Shown here piece by piece: positions 12,631 through 23,770 of a stretch of DNA of 64,000 nucleotides. How positions within the stretch are numbered: the first letter of the stretch is position 1; each line of letters starts with the position of its first letter. The position numbers were made by a program, and so were the translations under genes. The notes beneath the pieces were generated by a model, which did not search any database, had not been told where the DNA came from, and saw only the letters and a program-made list of their open reading frames with translations. The stretch spans positions 177,446,001-177,510,000 of the forward strand of contig NC_058368.1 in NCBI RefSeq assembly GCF_018350175.1, given 5' to 3'. Source of the DNA: Felis catus. Lineage: Eukaryota.

Positions 12631-13729
12631 ATTGTGATAGATGTAATTCACACATGCATGTAGTAGAATTATTATGGATGTAGGGTTTGCTTTTCTTAGT
12701 CTATTTATTATTTTTTTAAAGCAAAAACTGTCGTTTAAAGATCATCGGTAAGTTCTGTTACTAGCTGGAAGAGTCTTTTGTCTTTAAGCCAAAGCATTTG
12801 AATTCTCTTCCGAATTATGCGGACATCAGACAAATAGACGCTCACTGATAGGCTTTCAGTTTGGGTTTTGGTGGGGGTAGCTATTTGTTTTCTTCAGAGC
12901 CTGGGGCTTCACTTTTTAGTGGACTCAGTTTCCCCCACCTACCCCTTCTTACCCACATCCAGTGTGCCTGAGGGTCACTGGGAGGGAGGTGAGCCAATCT
13001 GCACGCAGGCACACAGGATTCCTGGAAGAAAGGGGATTGAGACCCGACACTAGCCTTTGAGGTTCAAAGCTATGAGAAGGCCTCTCATGGGAGAGGGCAT
13101 TTGACCAGAAGCTCCCCACCCAGAAAAGGGGTCTGAACCAGGGCTGAATGCTGCAGGTGAGTGTGGTGGCCAGGATGCCAATTCTGGGGGCAACCTCTCT
13201 GTTCCAGTCACTGACGTCATTTCCTTTAGCACAAAGACCCGTAGTGGAGCACCCCACCAGAAGGATGGGACTTCCTGTCTCCCTCCATCCCACACTGAGA
13301 AGTGCTGACTTGAGGGACCCGAGCTATCAAAGCAATCAATGCAGGTTTCCTGGGCAGTGGGTGATAGCTCCTGCCACGGTATGTAGGGTGAGAGGGATTT
13401 TGCCTCAGAGCCTTTCTGTGTTTGCAGAAACACCATGGGGTGACAGCTGCAGCGGAGGGCGTGTCTAAGGAAGGCCATTTCCTATTCTAGAAGATAGTAG
13501 CTAGATGGATCCTACCTCCCAGAACAAGGAGGGCTTGGGCCACTTGATCATCACAGAAGGGCCATTGGGAGGAACTGACTTTTCCTCAATAAGCAGAGTA
13601 TATTCTCTCTTGGCCATACTCCTTACATAAGAGAAATGTGACCTCATCCTGAGCTGGAGAAATGGGCATACTGGTCACCTACGTAAATGTCCATACACAA
13701 AGATACCTTTAAACACATTTATAGTCATG

Positions 13730-13835
13730 CGCATGTATACATGCACACGTAGACACACACAGGGACACACACACATATGCACATATGCAGATGCACACAT
13801 GTATAAACACATCACACACACACACACACACACTC
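13730..13835. repeat. Degenerate (CA)n microsatellite
   Basis: CA/TA-rich tract ending in a pure CA run at about 13813-13833. Confidence 0.85.
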
Positions 13836-14459
13836 AGATGCAGACGCGTGCTGCCCATGTTTCTTATTGCCTTGGCAAGAAGAGGTCTTGCCTTTTGTGC
13901 ACTCAGCTTTTCTTCCAAGTTTGGATTCTTGGAAAAGGATTGCAGCTAGAAGATGGGGGGTGGGGAAGGAACAGGGGAGTGGCAGGCCATGTGGAGAGAA
14001 GCTAATTTGTTTCTGCAGTCGACAGATGGGGTGAGGACAAATTACACAGTGGGTATTAAAACTCCTTTCTAAATTCAACAATATTTGCAAACTGATCTGA
14101 GCCCCCCAGAAGCAATAAGAGAAAGTGTATAATCTGAGATGCAATTTCAACCTCTCTTTAAGGTGGGGCTATTTAAAAATCTGTAAAGCATGCGTGTGTC
14201 CCTGGGTAAAAATTGGCCACAGCCTGATCGTCATCAGTAGGAAAAAAATATAGATACATCATGGCTGTACAGAGAAGAAAGCTTTGTGCCACAGATGGAT
14301 ATGAGGATGTGCAGATATTCTAAAACTATGAAGTTTTTGGTCATTTTTTAGTCGTTGTAAAAACAGTATGTTTGTGGTAGGAAACTCAGACAAATGTATA
14401 AAAGAATGTATAAAAAGAATAAAACTTCCTCCACTCAGAGAGAATGGAGTGTTAGTTTA

Positions 14460-14523
14460 TTTTATTTTTTATTTTTATCTTATTTTAGAGAGAGAGAGTG
14501 CATGAGGGGGTGGGAGAGGGCAA

Positions 14524-14563
<40 letters not shown>

Positions 14564-14682
14564 AAGCAGGCTCTATGCTTAGCATGGAGCCTGACTTGGG
14601 GCTCAATCCCACAACCCTGGGATCATGATCTGAGCCGAAATCGAGAGTCGGACACTCAACTGACTGAGCCACCCAGGTGCCT
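14460..14682 (-). mobile_element. Can-SINE (older subfamily) with long (GA)n
   Basis: GGAGCCTGACTTGGGGCTCAATCCCACAACCCTGGGATCATG body; degenerate TSD GAGTGTTAGTTTA / GGGTGTTATTTTA. Confidence 0.93.
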
Positions 14683-15339
14683 GGGTGTTATTTTAAATAT
14701 ATACTTACGCTACTAATATTTAGGTGTATATACACCCAAATATCTAAGTGTATAGACAGCTGTATCTACATACATTTTCAAGTGTATAGATAGCTGTATG
14801 TAGATACGTATTGTTTTATATGAAATATGGGTTTGAAAATATTGTTTTATAATCTGTTTTCTCCTTTTCCAATGGATGCTAAGCATTTTACATATTATTG
14901 CAAGTAACCAAGATGACCATCCCGCAAGCACAAGCACATAGATCTTCTCAAGATTTCAGAATACTTAGAGAACCAACTGACTGCTACCCCCCAACTTTGT
15001 CTAAGCTCCCCCACCCCCACCAAGGAGTGGGCGGCCATGGTGAACTTGGATGTTCAGCACCCTCAGAACACGTGTACACATCTGGAGGAATGATTACAAA
15101 GATTAGTGTCATGCTCAGTGTCAGAACTCCCCCTGACATTTCCTCAGTTTATCCAAACAATTTAGGGGAGCCCTCTGGGGATTAGGAACCACACTCTGCA
15201 GTGCGAGGCCGACACTTAACCTCTTGAATTCTCATTTCCCTGGAGACAGGCGTGCAAGTTTTATTCTTTAATTGCTAAAACAATGAGGTCGTGTACAAAA
15301 CCAATACGGCGAGAGCTTGAAATAGCTTAAGGCCAGAAT

Positions 15340-15341
<2 letters not shown>

Positions 15342-15371
<30 letters not shown>
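15342..15371 (+). repeat. Poly(A) tract, A30
   Basis: Uninterrupted run; no adjacent retroposon body or TSD seen. Confidence 0.95.
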
Positions 15372-15373
<2 letters not shown>

Positions 15374-16826
15374 AAAATCTGGACACACTGGGCTGAAGGG
15401 AATTATAGAATCTTTAAGCGGGGTTTGAGATCCAGTACAAAGTAGAAACTAAACGATACAGAAATGAGTAGTTTTGGTACCATTATGTGTGTTAACTAGA
15501 ATCTTGAACAAAACAAAGTTCAAGTGTGACTCGGAGAATATTTGGCACTTTTTTCCCCCCTTCGCGACTGAGATTTAGTTTGGTTTCAAACCAGTTAACT
15601 GCTATTTAAAAATTACTTCTCTTTATGGATAATGCATGTCATGGAACTAATGTATCTTCCATATTGCTCTGGCTGCCAGGGGGCTCAGGACTCAAATTAC
15701 TCTATAGGTCTGGCATATCTATGTCGTAATAGTTTCTCTGGTTTTGATTTTTTCCCCCGATCCTGGTTTTTATCTACTTAGATTTTTGTTTTATTGCATG
15801 TATTTCTTATAAGCCACCTCAAATCTTTTGTTAGATAGATTTGTAGATCAAAACAACTTGGATTTGTGGTTCAGTTTAAGAAGAAATGAACATTTCGGTT
15901 TGGTTTTGGAGTTCAGCAAATTAGTGTGATTAGCTCTGATTTGAGGTTTACAGTTCTATTACGTTAAAGTCCTTGGTATTTAATACATCAAAGGGCCTGA
16001 GAGCTTGCACTTAACCTCCTGCGTGTTAACACTACACAGTGCATCGCATGTCTGTTTCCAATGATTCTGGGGTAAGAAGCTCTTTGAGATTCTATCTTGG
16101 AATCTTCCTCACCCTTCAGGCATGGTGGGACGGATGTGTGAGCCACCAACTTTCAAACACAGATGCAACGAAGGGTTTACAAAGGAAACTGACCACACAC
16201 ATCCAACATTTCTCTGCATTTTTGCTTTTAAAGAAATGAAGGCCCAAGTCTTCCGTCTGCAAGAAGGCACATATCCTCCATGGGGATGTTTTGCACTTCT
16301 CATGATGGCAACTCCAGAATCATCCACTGAGGTGACCCTGAGAGAGTCTTGCAGCCTGCACCTGTGCACCTTTTCAGAGGTAGGAACCTTCCCACCAGGG
16401 AATGGAGGTCTGGCACAAGAGGGAGCAGAGTGTCCCCAGGGAAGGGGAAAGAGCAGACATGTGGCTGAGGACTCCAGAGCTTTGACTCTCCACACAGCCA
16501 TGGTGGACCCTCCAGGGCTCCCTTGGATTCCATCAAAGACCACTCATTTATACTGAGCCTAGACAGAGGCTGTTTGTGGTTCCACCTGGAACCAGACACT
16601 CACCCTGACCTTGGCAAACTCCGTGCCACCTCCACGTCCCCACTGTCTTCCAGGTCCAACAGAGGGGGAGGAGACTGAGAGAGGGAACCCGTGAATTTTG
16701 GACCTCCACTATTCTTTAAGGATCGTGTTTGCCATTTACCAGTCTCATTGTTTACCAGCTGCATGGCCTTGGGCCAGCAGCGGCTTCATCTCACTGAGTC
16801 TCTCACTTTGCTCATCTGGAGGTGGA

Positions 16827-17900
16827 AACGATGTATTTATGGAGCTAATGAAGTGGAAGTTTTGGGGTCCTCCCTTTGCGTGGTCTCCTCTAAAGGCCGG
16901 TAAGGGGCCCTGGCCATGTGTTCACATGTTTTGGTAAAACTGGCAAAGTAAGATATCTTGATCACAATCGGTTAAGGACTATTTTCTCTTTCCACTGATC
17001 TTCTCTCTGCCACACTTGGCCAAGGTCATTTTTGGGATCAGGCTAAGGTAAAGACGACGTGGGCTGCCTTTGCCCTGTGTTTAGTGGAATATATTTGTGC
17101 GGCTACTTTTTTTAGGGTAGGATCGGCTTCCCCAAACACTCCTACCTCCCCATAAATCCTTCTACCTGCTCCTAGAAACTCCGATCTCTCAAGGCCAGGG
17201 ACCTTGGCGTGGAAGAGTAAGGTTAGAGGCCATCCCCTAATCTGAAAGTTGCCTAGAATGCTCTGGACCAGAAGTCTGTGCGTGGTGGAAAAGAAACAAA
17301 GTTTAACATGTATGAAGCCAGAAGCTAGTCTAGGGAAAATACTTGGATCCTCAGCTGTGTAAAATTATGAGCAGATTTGGTTTTTATAGATACCTAATTA
17401 AGATAGAAATTCTCTCTTCTCGGAAACATGCTCAGTAACGAAGCCTATACAATTATAAACACCATTCTTTTTTTTTTTCTTTTGGTGGGTCTGTGTGAAA
17501 TATCATTTATTAAATTTGTAGAGCACAGACCTCAGCAGAACTACAAACAGCTGGTATAACCTTGTGTGAATTTGCATGTTTTGCATTTTAACTCTCAATA
17601 AAGAAATAAATTTGGCTCAACCACGCTGGAGGAAAGACTGAACTATCTTTCTATTCTCTCCATAGGAAATAATACTACCCTTGTCCTATGAAAAAGACAA
17701 GGCCCTAGTGCAGCCAAAGTTGTAGGGATAAAAGTATTATAGAGGAGTAAGAGGTAGTTATTTAATTGAAACTACTGTGTAACTTTTCTAACTTTCATGA
17801 TCCCTGTGGTATCTGTCAGCTTTTTAACATGCGTGCGTGGCTGTTTTTCACACACTAAATAAATACGGGTTTTCGTACATAAGTTTTCTTTGTAAATGTG
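16827..17900 (+). mobile_element. Zaphod-like (hAT-Tip100) DNA transposon, internally deleted
   Basis: 5' part GAGCTAATGAAG...GGGGCCCTGGCCATGTGTTCACATG...CAATCGGTTAAG. 17602-17673 translates RNKFGSTTLEERLNYLSILSIGNN, resembling the hAT transposase C-terminal dimerisation motif. Confidence 0.75.
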
Positions 17901-18254
17901 TTAGCTTTGGTCTCTCTAAATCTTCATCTTCTTTTGCAAATCGGCACAGTTACACATACTTTGCAAGCAGACGGGAGATGTTTTTGTGAGACTTGTATAG
18001 ATTGCTCCCCTAGCCAAGGATCAGGCTGCTTCCAGACAGCAGTTCTTATTATGATTATGATCACAATAGATACTGCAGGGTGGTTGTTATTGTTGTTGTT
18101 TAGTTCTGTTTTCTCTAGGAGCTTGGGAAAACCCTGCCATGTTTATAGTGTTTTAACTAAAGGAACACATCTCATTTGACTTTCAGCACATTGACTTTTA
18201 GCACATCTACCTGGGAAATACCATAGTTCAGAGCCAAGCTGCACTAGACATTAC

Positions 18255-18710
18255 AGTTTTCATTCGTGCCCATCTATTCTCCTTCATTCTTTTGAGAAAT
18301 GTTCCTTCCTCCACACCAGCCTTGTGCTTCCAGCAGAGTGGTCTGTGTTCCCCAGGAATCTTCCTACCCAGCTAGCTACAGTGATTGATGCCAATGGAAA
18401 TAATCACTGCTTTTTCTTGAGATTTTTGACCTGGAGACTAGAGAGAGCAAGTCTTAAATCTCCTATGGTAGAAAATCTTGGAAATGTGCACCTAAGAGTT
18501 TCTGGTGACCATTTTCCCAGCCACAACCTGTCTGAGAGAGTAAAGTCAGAACGAAAAAAAATAGAGGCACGCCAGGGAGAGAAGCAAGGGTCCAACTTGC
18601 TGGTTCTTGTAGTCCCTGAGGCCCAGATGTCTCTACCTTCCCCCAGTAATTGTGCTCATCTGATCATCCTCCATTTTTACCTCAGCTAGTTTGAGCTGGC
18701 TTTCACATGA
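18255..18710 (+). mobile_element. MLT1J/H-like solo LTR, degenerate
   Basis: GCTACAGTGATTG, GGTGACCATTTT and AGCTAGTTTGAGCTGG motifs. Confidence 0.5.
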
Positions 18711-18790
18711 GACTCATGTCAACCTACACCCTACTGGAAATAGGCCAGACCTTACAAAGATTAAGACTCAGCTTTGAATCATCTCTATCT

Positions 18791-19011
18791 TTTTTCTTTT
18801 TCTTTTTTAACTTTTATTCAGTTTTGAGAGACAGAGACACAGAACACGAGTGGGGGAGGAGCAGAGAGAGAGGGAGACACAGAATTCGAAGCAGGCTCCA
18901 GGCTCCGAGCTGTCAGCACAGAGCCCAACACGGGGCTCGAAATCACGAACGGTGAGATCATGACCTGAGCTGAAGTCGGACGCTTCATCGACTGAGCCAC
19001 CCAGGCACCCC
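18791..19011 (-). mobile_element. Can-SINE (SINEC_Fc-type), full length
   Basis: GAAGCAGGCTCCAGGCTCCGAGCTGTCAGCACAGAGCCC body, ends GCCACCCAGGCACCCC. Confidence 0.95.
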
Positions 19012-19637
19012 ATATATTTGATTAGATCAAAGTGAACTACTGTCACAGCTTGCCAGAAGCTAAAGAAAATCCTCTAAGGAGGCAAGTAGCATCATCTGGG
19101 GCCTCTGGGCAATTTTTTCAAAATACAAAATCTCAAGTGTTCAGTCAAACATCAACAAGCATACAAAGAACAGGCTCACAAGGAAAAATGAGGAATAGAA
19201 GCAGACCCACAGGTGATCCAGATACTGCAATGATCAGACCATGGTCTTTAAAAATTGATATTAATGTATTCAAGAAGATAAATGACAAGATGAAAATTTT
19301 CACCAGAGAACTAGAATCTTTAAAAAAGAATCAAGTGAAAAATCCTAGAAATGAAAAATATAATAATTGAAATTGAAAATATAAGTGACAGCTTTAACAG
19401 CAAATTAGACACAGCAGAAGAAAAATTTAGTGACCTGAAAGATGGGTCCATAGAAAATATCCAGAATGAAGTATGACGATAAAAAGAGTAGACGTACAGA
19501 AAAGAACATAAAGCGTATGAAAACGTTGAAAAGGTCTTACCTACCTGTCCCTGGTGTGCTAACAGGGTAGGAGAGAGAGAACGAGACAGAAGTAATCTTT
19601 TAGAGGATAATGAGTAAGCATTTTCAAAAGCTGACAA

Positions 19638-19820
19638 GGGGTGCCTGGGTGGCTCAGTCAGTTAAGCGTCAGACTCTTGATTTTGGCTCACAGTCCTGGG
19701 ATGGAGCCCTGTGTCGGGCTCCATGCTGAGCATGGACCCTGCTTAGGGTTCTCTCTCTCCTTCTCCTTCTGCCCCTCTCCTGCTTGTGCTCTTTCTCTCT
19801 CTGAAAAACAAACAAACAAA
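19638..19820 (+). mobile_element. Can-SINE (older subfamily) inside L1M
   Basis: GGGGTGCCTGGGTGGCTCAG head, GACTCTTGATTTTGGCTCA, (CAAA)n tail. Confidence 0.92.
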
Positions 19821-19920
19821 CTGATGAAAATGTTACACCACAGATTCAAGAATGACTATGGTCATTGTCATTGTCTTTGTAAGACAAACACACCTTGGCA
19901 CGTCACGATAGAAGTGTTGA

Positions 19921-20128
19921 GGGGTACCTGGGTGGCTCAGTTGGTAAGCGTCCGACTTCGGCTCAGGTCATGATCTTGCAGTTTGTGAGTTCCAGCCCCG
20001 CGTCGGGCTCTGTGCTGACAGCTCAGAATCTGGAGCCTGCTTCGGATTCTGTGTCTCCCTCTCTCTCTCTGCCCCTCGCCCACTCACACTCACAAATAAA
20101 TAAACATTAAAAAAATTTTAATACAAAA
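19921..20128 (+). mobile_element. Can-SINE (SINEC_Fc-type) inside L1M
   Basis: Canonical body; TSD AAGTGTTGA at 19912-19920 and 20129-20137. Confidence 0.95.
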
Positions 20129-20963
20129 AAGTGTTGAAAGCTAAAGGCAAGACATTTTAAAAACACGAATGTTGAAAATGATGCTTCCCCGTTGAAGAAG
20201 CAAACTAAGACTGGACCTGGAAGGATGTAAATCAGAAGATAATAGAAGAACACAGAGAGAGTTCTGGAAGAAAACTATTGTCAGCGCGGTGCTTTGATCC
20301 AATGGAAATATCCTTAAAAACGGAAGCCGACAACAACAGAGGATTTCCTGCCAGAACACTTGGACTAGAAGAAATACTAAAAAGAGCATTTTCAAGGAAC
20401 ATCAATACCATCCCAGAAAGATGCACAGAAATACAGGAAGGACTGACAAGCGATGGAAGAATAAATAGCTAAATCTAGATGAAGTTGGACTGTATAAGAT
20501 AATGATAATAGTAATGTTGTGGGGTTTAAAATATATATGTAACATCAAAATATTTGACAGCAATAACATAAATTCAAAGAGGATAAAATTGACTCCAATT
20601 TAAATAAAATAAAATTAAAATATTTTCATTTTATTATTCATAAATGGTAAAGGTGCTAACTTTGTTAGGCTTTTAATTAAGTCAAGGATGCCTATCATAA
20701 TTGGTAGTAAGCCTCCAAGGGTTAATAGAACAGAAGGCAAGAACGTCAAGAGAGAAGACCATAGAACAGATGGGACAAATAATATGATGGTACATCTACA
20801 CCTAAATGAATTACATTAAAAGTGAATGAGGTAAATATTCCAATTGAAAGTCTGTGATTATTAAAGATTAAAAAACAACAACAACTATATGCTGCTTACA
20901 AGAGACACATCTTAAATATAAGGACCCAGAGAGGTCGATTGAGTAAAAGGATAGAAAAAGACA

Positions 20964-21181
20964 GGGGCGCCTGGGTGCCTCAGTCGGTTAAGCGTCCGAC
21001 TTCGACTCAAGTCATGATCTCGTGCTCTGTGAGTTCGAGCCCCTCACTGGGCTCTGTGCTGACAGCTCAGAGCCTGGAGCCTGCTTCAGATTCTGTGTCT
21101 CCCTCTCTCTCTGCCCCTCTCCCAATCACACTCTGTCTCTCTATCTCTCAAAAATAAATAAACATTAAAAAAATTTTAAAA
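20964..21181 (+). mobile_element. Can-SINE (SINEC_Fc-type) inside L1M
   Basis: Canonical body; TSD AGAAAAAGACA at 20953-20963 and 21182-21192. Confidence 0.95.
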
Positions 21182-21194
21182 AGAAAAAGACACA

Positions 21195-21420
21195 CATAAG
21201 AGATGCTTAAATACAGAGAACAAATTGAGGGTTGCCAATGTGTTTGGGGGGATGGGCTAAATGGGTAAGGGGCATTCAGGAAGACACATATTGGGATGAG
21301 CACTGGGTGTTATATGTATGGGATGAATCACTGCATTCTACTCCTGAAATCATTATTGTACTACATGCTAACTAACTTGGATGTAAATTAAAAACAAACA
21401 AACAAACAAATAAATAAAAA
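21195..21420 (+). mobile_element. Carnivore-type L1 3' UTR fragment (5'-truncated)
   Basis: ACAGAGAACAAATTGAGGGTTG...TGGGATGAGCACTGGGTGTTATATGTA...GATGAATCACT...TTCTACTCCTGAAA, then an A-rich tail. Confidence 0.85.
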
Positions 21421-21944
21421 TACAGAAGAAGGAGGAGAAAAACAAGACGATGACGACAAACCACGCAAATGTAGCCGAGCTACGTTATCAGCAAAGGAGA
21501 CTTCAAGGCAGGAACCATTACCAGAGAATCTTTATGGTGATGATAAAACGCATCCCTCCACTGGAGGCACAATGATTTTAAATGTGTATGCATCTCGTAG
21601 CGAATGTAAAAACCCAAAGTAGAAAGAGACAAATCGGAAACCACAGTGGGAGATCCTCCCACAGATTTCTCAGATATTAATGGAACAAGCAAAAGCCAGT
21701 GAAGGCAGAAAGATGTGAAGAACGTGATGAACAAACTTGACCTAGAGCACCACACCCAACCGCTGCAGCGAGCACCTTACTCTCCTGTCTCAGATTCTCA
21801 ACCGGTTTCCTTGGTTGGTTTTACTCTTTTTTGCTGTTTGTATTTCCACTAGGTGCCTCAAATCTTTCGGAACGGAGAAGGAGTACCTGTAGAGAAATGA
21901 AAAACAAACAGATAAATTCAAGGGGGGGAGTAGGAATTGGGGAG

Positions 21945-22125
21945 ACCAAAAACCCGGGTTCTCTTTCTGGCCCTGTCAGTCTTGGTCGTGGAAATTCGTA
22001 AGTCTGGATTTAGGATTCATGTCCGTAAACAGGGACGATAATTACAGCTTTACGGGGTCCTGGTGAAGCTACGTAAAATAGGACGTGTAAAGTGGCCGCT
22101 CCGGCCTGCCCGGAGTGAGCATGCT
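21945..22125 (+). mobile_element. MIR, CpG-rich copy
   Basis: ACCCGGGTTCT...TTCATGTCCGTAAACAGGGACGATAAT...GTGTAAAGTG follows the MIR layout. Confidence 0.55.
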
Positions 22126-23169
22126 CTCCCCAGCAGCCACCACTGTTGTTTCTATTAACACTACATTTGAAGAGAGCAGGTCTTTTAAATGATGAGACCG
22201 AACTTGAAGCAATCTGCTGAGCCAGCGTTTTTGCCTCCCTGTGTCTGAAGGACGGGAAAGAAAAATGGATCAAGCTGGCATTTGCTCACCGCTCAGCTTA
22301 GTGAAAAGCTGTAAAAACAGGCTGCAGGTGCCCCTGGGCGGGGCAGGGAGACAGTCAGGACAGCACCCCCAGGGCAGGCTCAGCAGGACGGGGAAGGGAG
22401 CTCACCGCAGAGCCACTGGGGATGAGGCTCCCCTGCCAACGAGGTCCTTGCAGGATGTCCTTAACTAAGTCCCTTTGGACCAGGGCCAGAGAGACCTGCC
22501 TCTCTCTGAATCACACTGGGGAAGCTCTGAGGTCTGTTCCATAGACTGAGTCCGAATGGGGTCCTAATTGCCATTGTCACAGAAGAGTGGTCACATCCTG
22601 ACAGCCTATGAAATATGGGGGCCAGTGCCAGGCGTTTCACCTCCATTTTCTCTGAGCTCTCAGTCATCCAGATAGAAACCGAGGCTCAGAGAAGTTAGAC
22701 AACTTGTCCAAGGTCACACAGTTGAACCATGATAGAACGGAGATTCAACTATTTATGTGTCTGAAACTAAGATTATTCAACGGCTCTTTTCACTAATATA
22801 CCATGTGTCACATTGTCATTCTTATACAAGAGTCTGCTATAGCCTTATAAAAAGCATAATACATCCAACCCTTGGCTTGAAACTTCTATTCATCCTTCAA
22901 AACCCTAGGTCAGTAGGAGGCCTCTGTGAAATCTCTTCTGGTGCTCCAACTCCATCATCTCTCTGTGATGTCGGTCACCTCCGTCCCAGCACCTGCTTCT
23001 ACTGTTGCTGTTTTCATGCTGTCTAGAGTTATCAATTTTGGGGGGCTGGAGAGGTCCCATTTGTCTTATTGTATCTGGATCTGCAGATCCAGCCCTGGGC
23101 CAAGCCCAGAGTAGAAGACATAAATCAGCACATACACGAGGGGATGAAAAAAAAATACAACACGAAATG

Positions 23170-23350
23170 AATTTCATTCAACAAAGATTTTTCTAGTCCC
23201 TACTATGTGCCATACACTTCTAGCTAGCAAGGAATAAAGCAATAAACAAAACAAAGCCCCTGTTCTCGTGGAGCTAATTCTCTAGGGAGAAACAAGCAAT
23301 AATCAAGTCCACAGGTGAATACACAACAGAACTGCTGTTTGTGAAAAGTG
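23170..23350 (-). mobile_element. L2 3' end
   Basis: TTCATTCAACAAA...CCTACTATGTGCCA...CCCTGTTCTCGTGGAGCT. Confidence 0.7.
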
Positions 23351-23584
23351 TCACTTCTGGGGCCCAGGACTGTTCAGATGGTTAAAGACTCCTACCTTCA
23401 GGCAGAGGGCTGAATTAGCAAGAGAACTATTTTGGTATTACTTGGAATTGCATTTAAAGTGTAGGCAAAACTCTTCTGTGTCCTCGATTCTTTTGTGCTC
23501 TAAAATTTTTCACCGCACCACGATCCAAATAAACAAAGCACAGTCCTATTAGAGAAGTGGGTCGCCTACTCTGAAACACCTAGG

Positions 23585-23770
23585 ACCGGGATGGTAATTA
23601 TGGGGCGCTTATCCTCTGCTTCCTACTACTGCTCCTAGGGCAGACATTGCTAATGGATCATGACTCTCTTTCCAGCTGAGCCTGAGGTCCCTGCTCCGCT
23701 CAGCACTCCAGGCGGCCACATCCAATCAACCCAAACTGGCGTGCAAGGTAAAACCTCTGTGCGCTCCTAG
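23585..23770 (-). mobile_element. MER117-like hAT-Charlie element
   Basis: GGCAGACATTGCTAATGGATCA...GCTGAGCC...CAGCACTCCAGGCGGCCAC..CCAATCA matches the remembered MER117 reverse strand. Confidence 0.6.

Larger units (their letters stand above)
19100..21790 (+). mobile_element. Ancient L1M relic spanning ORF1 and the ORF2 endonuclease region, interrupted by younger insertions
   Basis: ORF1 coiled-coil-like text at about 19260-19470. 20887-20925 translates ICCLQETHLKYKD (L1 endonuclease motif); MILNVYA and TTVGD occur at about 21570-21655. Multiple stops and frameshifts. Confidence 0.85.

Noticed and set aside
15440..15960. Weak similarity to the reverse complement of 33545-33780 (shared TTCAAACCAGTT), possibly an ancient DNA transposon
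   Set aside because: Too patchy to support by eye; needs an nhmmer/Dfam search.
16109..16556. Overlapping 144-aa ORFs on both strands with an acceptor-like site at 16119
   Set aside because: No recognisable protein, no convincing paired donor, and ORFs of this length occur by chance here.
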